Shown here in pieces: positions 53,450 through 64,000 of a stretch of 64,000 bases of DNA. This stretch comes from Octopus vulgaris. Lineage: Eukaryota. The position numbers were made by a program, and so were the translations under genes. Where the stretch lies: the NCBI GenBank assembly GCA_951406725.2, contig OX597819.1, positions 59,954,001 through 60,018,000 on the forward strand, written 5' to 3'. Position 1 is the stretch's first letter. Every line of letters starts with the position of its first letter. Under the pieces are notes generated by a model. That model was not told where the DNA came from. It ran no database searches and saw only the letters and a program-made list of their open reading frames with translations.

Positions 53450-53780
53450 AAATTTAGTTTAGATGAGATGCAGTCAAGATTTATACTGGGACAGGATACT
53501 TCTGATGACCTTTTTCTAGTGAGACAACTACAGCAAAGGGTTTTAGCAACCAAGCCTTTGTTGACCTACAAATGATTTTTGACAGGGTATCATATTCAGT
53601 CCTGTGGTCACTAAGAAAACTAGGTATACATGGACAGCTTGCCAGAACATTGCAAACCATGTGCACACATGCTGTTGTAGTCTGAGTATTAGTAATGAGT
53701 TCAACAAGGAATTTAGCCTGCAAATTGCAGTTCATCAGGGGTCAGTCCTCAGCTATCTTCTGTATACTATAGTTCTCTAG
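53450..53780 (+). mobile_element. Highly decayed RTE reverse-transcriptase fragment
   Basis: LDEMQ...FLVRQLQ...VHQGSVLS.LL remnants collinear with the RT at 57000-57350. Confidence 0.75.
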
Positions 53781-55505
53781 ACTCTTTAGCATTCAGGTTA
53801 TATCAAATATAATGCTCATTTATTCATTGTTTTCAATTCATAATGTATTATCTTGTAGCTTAGATATTTCCATGATGAGATTGCCTATTTTTAGAATAAC
53901 ATTATAAGTATATGTGAGTGACTAAGCCTAACCTGTCTGAATATAAAACAGGTACAGTATGAGGACTGGATATGACTATTTTAATGCTGAAGGGTTAAAA
54001 ATGGTTTCCTATGGGAACTTCTCTTTGTTGGTGACCGAATTCTCATAGCACAAGCTGTCACAGGATTAGAGACGTGCAGTGAATAAAATTTCAAGGCATC
54101 CTAGCAAAGACAAACTTTTTAGCATGAAAGACAGCAAGTTTTCAATGCCATCTAGGATATGTCCATGTTCTGTATACAGAAAAGAAATATATCTAGAATA
54201 TCATACAGTGTATCTAATGTATGCTAAGGTTGCATTGATGATGCAATGTTATCACAGGGAGCCTAACACACATGAAGGACTTGATACTACTATATTTAAC
54301 TGTTGGATTAACTGAATCAGATCCTTCTTTATGATGTTAAATGAACACTTGGTCCTCAAAGCCAAACTCATTAATGTTTGAATCACCTAATTACAAGATT
54401 TTTGAGCTGTCTGTTTATGTCCGGTTCTTATGTTCATAAGCAAACTGAATGTGGGCACCTCGGTTTTCCAGAGAAAAGTAGTTTTTTTTCTTTTTTTCTT
54501 TTCTCTCTCTCTTTTTTCTTTTTATTCCTTTATACATACAACACCTCCAATAAGCCCAAACTGCTTTAGTAAATTTTTGATTGTAGTGACACTATCTGCA
54601 TATGGTATTTCTGTTAAACTTTGTTTAAAATATCAACTGCAGTCATCTTTCTGTTCTAAATATATCAGTCCATTCTTTCAGTAGATTTTCCTGGCTGCCC
54701 TGATTGAGGGCAGTCAGAATAGTCATTGTCTACTTTGGCTTGGTTTCTACTGCCCGATGCCCTTCCTAAAGCCAACCACTTTACAATTGGGTGCTTTTTT
54801 CATGCTACCAGCACTAGTGAAGTCATCATATAGATTGTGAAACTACAAATCTTGAGAGTGATAGCTTTATGCTAGTAGATGTGGGGGTAAAGCATGAAAG
54901 CCAGAATAGAGCAGAACAGGTCTTTAGAAAGGTTACATGGCTAATTCATGTTTTAGAAGAGAGGGTTAGGAGCAATTGGAATGGATTAGGAATGAATATG
55001 TGAGTTGTGTGTGTGTACATATGTGGACTGTTTATGTCCTCTGCACTTTGCACAAAAAAGCTCTGATTTACAAGCTGTGAAGCTTGTCATTTCCTTGTCA
55101 GTCTTAGCTTTCTACTTTTGAAATAATGTGAAATTAGAAATTCCTTACTTGTGAAACATGTAAGGGTTAGCAATAGGAAGGACATCTGGCTGTAAACACA
55201 GTGCCTTAATAATATACAGGGTGCGGCAGAAGTAACACCCTTGATGACATCGACCCCAGTACTCAACTGGTACTTAATTTATTGACCCTAAAAGGCGGCG
55301 AGTTGGCAGAAATGTTAGCACGCCAGGTGAAAAGCTTAGCACTATTTCGTCTGCTGTTGCGTTCTGAGTTCAAATTCCGCCGAGGTCAACTTTGCCTTTC
55401 ATCCTTTCGGGGTCGATAAATTAAGTACGAGTTACACACTGGGGTTGATGTAATTGACTTAATCCCTTTTCTGTCCTTGTTTGTCCCCTTTGTGTTTAGC
55501 CCCTT

Positions 55506-58500
55506 CATCATCATCATCATCGTTTAACGTCCGTTCTCCATGCTAGCATGGGTTGGACGGTTCGACCGGGGATCTGGGAAGCCAGAAGGCTGCACCAGGC
55601 TCCAGTCTTATCTGGCAATGTTTCTACAGCTGGATGCCCTTCCTAACGCTAACCACTCCGTGAGTGTAGTGGGTGCTTTTTACGTGCCACCTGCACAGGT
55701 GCCAGGCGAGGCTGGCAACGGCCACGGTCGGATTGGCGTATTTTACGTGCCACCGGCACGGAAGCCAGTCGAGGCGGCGCTGGCATCGGCCATGAGTCGG
55801 ATAGTGCTTTTTACGTACCACCAGACCAGGGGTCCTGGCTGGTTCAATTCGATTTCGATTTCGCTTACCCCAACATGTCTTCGCAAGCAAAGGGGGTTGG
55901 CATGGGTGCCTGTCGTCGGATGAGGTTCTATATCGACTTCGCTTGCCTCAACAGGTCTTTGTATCCAAGGGAGGAAAGGCATGCATAAATGGGCTGGGCT
56001 CACTTGTCCTGCCTGGTCTTCTCACGTACAGCATGTTTCCAAAGGTCTCGGTCGCTGGTCATTTCCTCAGTGAGGCCTAAAGTTCAAAGGTCGTGCTTCA
56101 CCACCTCGTCCCAGGTTTTCCTGGGTCTACCTCTTCCACGGGTTCCCTCAACTGCTAGGGATTGGCACTTTCTCACACACCTATCTTCATCCATTCTCGC
56201 CACATGACCATACCAGCACAATCGTCTCTCTTGCACACACCACAACTGATGCTTCTTAGGTACAACATTTCTCTCAAGGTACTAACGCTCTGTCGAGTAT
56301 GTACACTGACATTACACATCCATCGGAGCATACTGGCTTCATTCCTCACGAGCTTACGCATGTCCTCAGCAGTCACGGCCCATGTTTCACTGCCATGTAG
56401 CATGGCTGTTCGTACACATGCATCATACAGTCTGCCTTTTACTCTGAGCGAGAGGCCTTTAGTCACCAGCAGAGGTAAGAGCTCCCTAAACTTTACCCAG
56501 TCTATTCTTATTCTAGCAGTTACACTTTCAGCGCACCCACCCCCACTACTGACTTGGTCACCTAGATAACAGAAGCTATCAACTACTTCTAGTTTTTCCC
56601 CCTGGAAAGTGACGGAAGTTGTTTTCTGCAGATTTTCGGAGGTTAATGCTCCCGAGCATCTGCCACATACAAAAACTATCTTCCCAGTTAGCCTACCTTT
56701 GACATTGCTGCACCTCTTATGTGTCCATAGCTTACACTGGGTGCATCTTATAGAGTTTCTACCTACACCTTTTCTACAGATCGAGCAGGGCCATCTTCCT
56801 GAAGACATTTGTGGATTGTCTACCTTCCTACTTATTAGTACTTTGGTTTTAGCTAGGTTGACTCTAAGGCCCCTCGATTCTAAACCCTCCTTCCACACCT
56901 GGAACTTCTCTTCAAGTTCTGATAGTGACTCAGCAATTAGAGCAAGGTCGTCAGCGTAGAGGAGCTCCCAGGGGCAACCTGTCTTGAATTCCTCCGTAAT
57001 TGCCTGGAGGACTATGATAAATAGGAGGGGGCTGAGTACTGAACCCTGGTGGACCCCAACCTCTACTTTGAATTCTTCTGTGTACATGTTGCCAACCCTA
57101 ACCTTACTTACGGCATCTCTGTACATGGCTTGCACAGCCCTCACCAGCCATTCATCTATCCCTAGTTTCCTCATTGACCACCAGATAAGGGATCGGGGAC
57201 CCTATCAAAAGCTTTCTCCATGTCAACGAAAGCCAGGTACAGGGGCTTATCTTTGGCTAGGTATTTCTCCTGCAGCTGCCTTACCAGGAATATAGCATCA
57301 GTGGTACTTTTCCCTGGCACGAACCCAAACTGCATCTCATCTAAACTAACTCTCTCTCTAATTAGTTGGGCTATGACCCTCTCCGTAACCTTCATTACCT
57401 TATCCTACAGCTTGATACCTCTGTAATTATTTGTATCTAGGGCATCACCTTTACCTTTGTAGCAGTTGACTAGTATGCTGCTACACCAGTCATTGGGTAT
57501 GACTCCTTCGTGTATCACCTGGTTGACTATACAGGTGACTAGGTTATAGCCGACACTGCCAGATATTTTGAGCATCTCTGCAGTAATTCCCGATGGGCCT
57601 GGGGCTTTCCCTGTCTTCATGCTTCTAATTGCTTTAACTACCAAAGAATTTTCAACTCGGATGGCTGGTCCCTCTGTTGGGTTGACATTCAGCAGACTCT
57701 CTTTATCCCACTCATTTTCTTTATTCAGTAACCTTTCATAGTGGCATCTCCAAACCTCTCTCTTTGCATCCTCATTTAGCGCAAGTGAACCATCATCCAT
57801 GCGAACACACTTCTCTCCTACCACATCACGATTCTCTCTCACACACTGTCTTGCAACACGAAATGCCTCAAGTCTTTCATCCTCACGGCTCAGAACATTG
57901 GCAAATTTTTTCTTATCCGCTTCCCCTCTGGTTAAATAAACCTGTCTCCTAGCTTCCCTTCTGGCTGTCTGATACAATTCCCTGCTACCACCGTTCTTCC
58001 AGTCCTTCCAAGCCTGTCTCTTTTGTCTAATAGCCCTGTCAACCACAGTGTTCCACCACCATGTTACTCTGGGTCGAGATGGTACTTTGCTCCATCCACA
58101 GATCTGGTCAGTGGCTGTCAGCAGATTGTCCCGTAGAAATCTCCAGTTGTCTTCCACATTAAGTGAAGCTATATCCCCTTCTATTTCGTCAAAGGCTTCG
58201 AGTAGTATGTCTCTAAATCTCTGTCCATTTGCATGATCTTTAAGCTTCCAGACCCTTCTCCTCCAAGCTGGTCTTCTTCTGGGCAACCATTTAGCTCTGA
58301 TCCTGAAGTCGCTAACTACTAATCTATGTTGAGGAGTACATTCTTCGCCTGGAAAGGTTTTGGCATTTATAAGCAGCCCTCTTTTCCTTTTTCTGGCAAG
58401 GATGTAGTCAATTTGGCTAGTGTGTCTGCCAGAACGGTAGGTGACTAAGTGAGAGGTGGGTTTCCTGAAGTTGGTATTGCAGACCATAAGGTCATTTGCA

Positions 58501-58801
58501 TCGCAGAACTCCAGCAGCCTGGTTCCCTCCTCATTACGAGAGCCAAAACCGTAGCCTCCATGAACGCCATGGAAGCCCCCGACATGCCGTCCAACATGTC
58601 CATTGAAATCACCTGCCATGAGGAGAAGGTCACAGTCATTTGTCAACGAGGTAGTCCGCAATAGGGTGTCATAGAATTGGTCTTTTTGTCCTTCCGGTAG
58701 CCCTGGTTGAGGGGCATATGCCGAGATGATGGTATCTGACCTATGGTGAAGGACTAATCTAATTTTAATTACTCTGTCACTTACTCTGACTACCTCGATT
58801 A
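55506..58801 (-). mobile_element. 5'-truncated RTE-clade LINE, 3.3 kb
   Basis: APE endonuclease + RT ORF, 3' UTR of about 500 bp, (GAT)n tail; splits an S2 SINE with a cctt duplication (55502-55505 / 58802-58805). Confidence 0.96.
56000..58801 (-). pseudogene. RTE ORF (AP endonuclease - reverse transcriptase - PHD-type finger), disrupted
   Basis: SAYAPQ, GDFNGHVG, SQIDYIL; GKAPGPSGI, NYRGIKL, QFGF, GVHQGSVLSPLLF, LYADD, FCYLG; in-frame TAG at 57405-57407, frameshifts near 57195 and 56240; natural stop at 56000-56002. Confidence 0.95.
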
Positions 58802-60002
58802 CCTTGTGGGCAATAAAGAAATAAGAAATAACACCTTTTTTGCATTTAATAACTTTTCTAGTATATAAAAGTTTATTTTTATTGAACACAAATTTATTGC
58901 ACTACTTAAAGAAACGAATAATAAACTAATGAAAAATATCGCAGAAGTTTTAGGAAATAAAGAAGAAATTCAATTAGAAACTAGAAAACTCAAATAGAAA
59001 AGGGCATTACTTCTGTTGCACCCTGTATATTCATCTAACTCATGCTAGCATAGTAAAATGGATGTAGAAATGACTGACTAAACGTGTGTGTGTGAATATA
59101 CTTTCACACATGTAACAGATTTATGTGTTGTTTTAGTTCATGAATGTGTGCAATTACATTGTGTCAGTGTGTGTGTGTGTGTGTGCGTGCGTGCACCATA
59201 TACACATGTAATTGTGTGTATATGTTTGTTCCAGGAAACTCAAATTGAGAATCTTTGGAATATTCCACAAATCTTCACACTATCCTAATTGATTGGATCT
59301 GGATAATGCCAAGTTTGTTTTGCTTTGTCCTTTATTGGAAAACACCCAACATTTACTGGCTTTTATGTAAATCTATTGTTACACAGACCATTGCACTTAT
59401 GATAAAATACACAAATATCATCATCATCATCGTTTTGATGTCCACTTTTCCATGCTTGCATGGGCAAGTCAGAATGTCATTGAGGTAGATGTTCTATAGC
59501 CAAGTGCCCTTTGTGTTACCAGCCCTCAGTTGTTTCTGAGCAATATTTCTCCATGACAAAAGAACGACACTGCTTGTATGATGGTGACACTCATTTACAA
59601 CTATCATGCTGAGAGGCACAAACACACGTATATATACATATATACATAAATATATGTGTGACAGGTTTCTTTCAGTTTTCTCATAGCAAATCCTTTAACT
59701 GGCTTTGGTCTGCCTGAAACTATAACATACTCTGGGTGCCATTGTGTGGTACTGAACCTGAAACTCTATAGTTGGGAAGTGAACTTCTTAACCATACACA
59801 CACTCACACACATTTCATGTTACATAAAGAAGCAGTACATGGTACCAGAATTTTCGACTTGAGCTACGTATAACAAAATACTCCAAATTGTTGTTAGAAT
59901 ATCCGCATAACTGGAGAACGGATTGGCAAGTTTGTACTAGCATCAAGTCATGTAAGCTGTGATAATAAAGTCAAACCAAATAGCGGTGTGTGTGTGTAAT
60001 TG

Positions 60003-60303
60003 CAGAAGCACATAGCCTAGTGGTTACAGCAGTGGACTCACAGTCGAGGGATCACAGGTACGAATCTCAGATCGGACGATGTGTGTGTTTATGAGCGAAA
60101 CACCTAAGTTCCATGCAGCTCTGACAGAAGGTAATGGCAAACTTCTGACTCTTTTGCCACAACTTTCTCTCACCCTTTCCTCCTGCATCTAGCAGCTCAC
60201 CTGTGATGGACCGGCATCCTATCTAGATGGGGAACTTCTACGCCAATGAAACCGGGAAACCGGCCCTTATGAGCCAAGCATGGCTCAAGAATGAACAAAC
60301 AAC
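60003..60303 (+). mobile_element. tRNA-derived SINE with V-domain-like body
   Basis: tRNA-like head (tagcctagtggtta...ggtacgaatctc), cctgtgatggaccggcatcctatctag, gaaaccggg, (AAAC)n tail. Confidence 0.7.
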
Positions 60304-61022
60304 ATGTATGTAATTATGTTTTCATTGTTTAATTATTTTAATTCATCTTATAAAGAAGAAGCTGGTTTCTAAGAAAGAAACAAAGCTCTACTCCTGGAGT
60401 TTGGGTAGCAGGTGTTACATGTTGAACTTTGAAAATCTCCTGCATATTTCACTGTTCCTCTTACAGATTATATTTACAAAGTGTGTTAGGTAGTCACTTT
60501 CTTAGTATGGAAAACTAAACTTTTTGAAATTGTCATTTCGTCATTTACTAAACACAGCTAAGAGCATCAATAATTATAGGTTAAAGTATGAATTTGTAAT
60601 CTGAATGAACAAGCTTTTTAACTGATTTTGAAAGAAATGTTCATATATGCAGGGCAGAATTTTTTGTCTGTTCCAAACAATGTATGTTGTAGAAAGATAT
60701 GGTGGGCTGGAATTTGTGACATCTCTCTGCTTAAAATGTTAGATGCGCAATTAAATTAACGCATAATATTAATTAAAATAAATAAATAAATTTTTGTTGT
60801 TAATAAATTGATATCTTTGATATGCCCAAAGTTATACTTCCTTCTGAACGTTTTTTCTAAGCAAAAATACCCATATATCATTGTCGTCATCATCATCATC
60901 TTGATCATTATCATCATCATCAACATTATTACTATCACCATCATCACTACTACCACCATTATTCTATGGATACTTTTCATATTGGTATGGGTAAGATAGA
61001 CTGTCATAGTTTGAGTTAGTTC

Positions 61023-61576
61023 TGTTAGGAATATGTGAATATCTCCTCTTGCACTTTTGGGGTGCAAGTTGGTGCAATCACTTTCCGTTGCTTTTATATC
61101 CAGACTCTACCAGTCAAAGAAACACAAAACGCAGATGTAAAAAAATAGATATACTTTATTGTTTTATAGTGAGAGATCAGTGGTATATCTGATGTCCTTG
61201 GTTCTGGGCGCGCAAGGCTGAAAGTTAATCGATTGTAATATTTACAATGTTCAGCCGCTAAAAACAGAACGGGCCAAAAATGGCGTCCGGAGGAAGAAGA
61301 TGATGTCTGCAACAATTCAGGTTAAAAGTCTTCGGCCAAAAGACTGCTGCTATCAAAACCGGAGAGAGAGCGAATGAAACGTCTGCTTCTATGAAAAGCC
61401 TGCCGCTGTCTGTCGGACGCTAATGGTCAACGCTTTACGCTCCCTTGCCTCTTTGTTAAGGCTCACGCTCCCTTGCCTCTATAAGCTAAGGCCACGTCAG
61501 CAAAATTCCCTCTTTCGGACTTCGTGTATTCGCGAGAGGGCGTTGCGCGCGCGCGCTGTTGTATAGGATCACTACA
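61023..61576 (-). mobile_element. Solo LTR (554 bp), probably Gypsy-type
   Basis: TGT...ACA termini (tgttaggaat / gatcactaca), 4-bp TSD gttc at 61019-61022 and 61577-61580, minus-strand AATAAA at 61155-61160, CpG-rich. Confidence 0.85.
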
Positions 61577-62997
61577 GTTCTGATTTGGAGTTTACTGATA
61601 TTGTAGGTGGGTTGGAGGACCATGCCTTAGTCATGTTTCATTTTGGCCTGGTTTCTACAATTGAATGCACTTCCTATCACCAACCACTTTTACTGTATGT
61701 ACTGAGTGCATTTTATTGTGGCACCAGCACTAGTGAGTTTACCTTGTATTCCAAAAGACTAAAGGCTCTATTCTATAGTATGTTTGACTGTTCGGGGCAA
61801 GTGGGTAGAGAGAAAAGAGAATGATGATAGAAGTGGAACAAGAGTGGCTTGTAATTGAGGGTAGTAACTGTACGATGACAGTGATTGGAGTGAAAAGGTG
61901 GTAGAGAGACGGATAGTAATTGAGGTGGATGACGTAACTGATGGCTGTCAATAATAATCAATAGCTTGAGGAAAAGGGAGTGATAATTTCAATAAATAAA
62001 TAGATAAAATCTATTTATATGCAAACAAATTGCCAGTGTTATTGAATTGGGCTGTCATGGAAAAATGGAATATTACTTTCTCATATGGATAGGTGCAGGC
62101 ATGGCTGAATGGTTATGAAGTTTGCTTTCCAACCATATGGTTTTAAGTTCAGCCCTGCTGCATGGCACCTTGAACAAGCCTCTTCTACTATAGCTCTGGG
62201 CTGTTGGAGGATGTAGAAAAGGAGAGAAGCCAATGTTATGTGTGATTTATGTATGTATGTATGTGGTGTGAGTGTGTGATTTATGTATTATGTGGTGTGT
62301 GAGTGTGTGTTTTATATATGTGGTGTGTGAATGTGTGTTTTATATATGTGGTGTGTGTGTGTGTGTTTTATGTATGTACATGGTGTGTGTGTTTTATGTA
62401 TGTACGTGGTGTGTGTGTTTTATGTATGCATGTGGTGTGTGTGTGTTTTATGTATGTATGTGGTGTGTGTGGGTGATTTATGTATGTATGTGGGGTATGT
62501 GTAATTTATGTATAAATGTGGTGTGTGTGTGAGTACATGAATGTGTTAGTGTGTGTTTGTGTCTCCATGTCTTGAAATCTCACAGCTATAAACAAGAGTT
62601 GCTGTCATACAAACGTTACTGTCATGCAAGCTGTGTTCATTTCCAATCTTCTATATAAACATGCCTGGCCATGGAGAGGGCTGGTGAAAAGAAGGGCATC
62701 TGGCAGTAGAAAATCTCCCTCAACAAACCCTGATCAATGCAAGTTTGGAAAAGCAGACATTGGCTGTGTGGTTAAGGGATTTCAGGTTCAGTCCCACTGC
62801 ATGGCACCTTGGACAAGTGTCTTCTTCTATAGCCCTTGTGAGTAAATTTAGTGGATGGAGACTGTGTGGAAGCACATTCTGTATATCTGTACCCTTCCTG
62901 ATCACTGCTGCTGGGTAACTAGTGTTGTTTTGCTTATGTCCCCAAACATAGCAGTTCAGCAAAAGAATTGATGGAATGAGTGAATAAATACTTGTCT

Positions 62998-63490
62998 TTA
63001 GCCCCTTAGAATTTAGATTATTCTGTCAAATGTAAAACTTATTTATCCACACTGCTTGGAATTAATCATGCATTATCTTGTAAATTTGAGATTTCAAAGA
63101 TGTGACTGTTTATTTTTAGAATGACATTGTAGGGTAGGGTGTGAGAGACCTGATCTGGCCAGTTTGAACCTAAAACAAGTAGAATATTGGGCCAGGTTGC
63201 TGAGACTCTCTTTGGTCATGAATGACCATGGGATTGTACCTAGAAAGTCACCCATGCATACTAGCCTTCCCTCTCCACACCATTGATGTTATCCAAGGGA
63301 AAGGGGCCGATACAGCTTGGCACCTGTGACGTTGCTACTCATTTCAACAGCTGAGTGAACTGGAGCAACGTGAAATAAAGTGCCTTGCTCAAGAACACAA
63401 CACACAGCCCGGTCCGGGATTCGAACTCACAACCTCAACGCTCTAACCACTGAACCATGCATATGACCGGTTTAAATGCCAAAGGGTTAA
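62998..63490. mobile_element. TTAA MITE family A interrupted by an S3-head SINE (63196-63460, minus strand)
   Basis: MITE sequence resumes (atatgaccggtttaaatgccaaagggttaa) after the SINE. Confidence 0.85.
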
Positions 63491-63750
63491 GATGTAAGCA
63501 CCAGGGATAATTTGTTTGACTAAAACCCATCAAGGCGGTGTCCCAGCATAGTCGCAGCCCAATGACGAAAGCAAGTAAGATAGAGGATTAAAATGATAGT
63601 CAATTAAAGTGTTTCAGGAATGTTTTACATGAAGAATTAGGTTTAGTCTTTAAACTGGAAATCTTTGAAATTTTTACTCTTTTTTTTTTTTTTTTTTTTT
63701 TTTGTTATATCCTGTTGGATTCTTGACTGAATTTAATTTTTTAATTTCAG

Positions 63751-63859
63751 GGCAGAGAAAAAATCAGGAAATCTGTAATGCCAGAGAGTTCAAATGTAAA
63801 TAATTCCAATGATGTAACAACTCTTTATGAAGCAGTGTTAAAAGGAGCTTCACTGTCTG
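63751..63859 (+). CDS. ACSL: Long-chain-fatty-acid--CoA ligase, second coding exon
   Basis: Acceptor ttttaatttcag|, phase-0 start compatible with the previous exon, GREKIRKSVMPESSNVNNSNDVTTLYEAVLKGASLS, donor |GTAAGT in phase 1. DVTTLYE...G matches the ACSL1-type N-terminal motif. Confidence 0.9.
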
Positions 63860-63915
63860 GTAAGTAGAAGTAATTTATTTCACTTTATTTAAATTCACTG
63901 AATATTTCAATATGA

Positions 63916-64000
63916 TGCAGGTGTGGCTGTATGGTTAAGAAGCTTGCTTCCCAACCACATGGTTTCGGGTTCAGTCCCACTGCATGGCACCTTGGGCAAG
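63916..64000 (+). mobile_element. S1 SINE head (runs off the window)
   Basis: gcaggtgtggctgtatggttaagaagcttgcttcccaaccacatgg...ggcaccttgggcaag. Confidence 0.85.

Larger units (their letters stand above)
55217..59025. mobile_element. Tc1/mariner-type MITE expanded by nested S2 and RTE insertions
   Basis: TA-cagggtgcggcagaagtaacaccct ... agggcattacttctgttgcaccctg-TA. Confidence 0.85.

Noticed and set aside
58802-58889. N-terminus (MFNKNKLLY...) of the 494-aa ORF as the real RTE start
   Set aside because: It is read through MITE and S2 SINE sequence from a GTG. The RTE is 5'-truncated at 58801 inside the endonuclease domain.

Overview
AT-rich animal genomic DNA, most likely octopus judging from the SINE/LINE repertoire (inference). 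The window holds the 5' part of a + strand long-chain acyl-CoA synthetase gene (ACSL1/5/6 family). It has a probable non-coding first exon and promoter near 2.3-2.7 kb, an ATG exon at 39694-39833 and the next coding exon at 63751-63859. Nearly everything else is intron filled with mobile DNA: a 3.3-kb 5'-truncated RTE-clade LINE with a PHD-type zinc finger inside its RT region, many RTE 3' fragments, two restriction-like-endonuclease (R4/Dong-type) LINE fragments sitting in microsatellites, decayed mariner and Tc1 elements, hAT and TTAA MITEs, a solo LTR and several modular tRNA-derived SINE families. The most notable observations are a candidate hammerhead ribozyme inside a palindrome (17.5-17.75 kb), the PHD-bearing RTE, a four-layer nested insertion (55.2-59.0 kb), an expandable hairpin array in the RTE 3' UTR, SINE head/body swapping and a foldback element next to the putative promoter. 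I found no convincing wholly new multi-gene system. Most ORFs in the supplied track are spurious translations of repeats. All alignments were done by eye.
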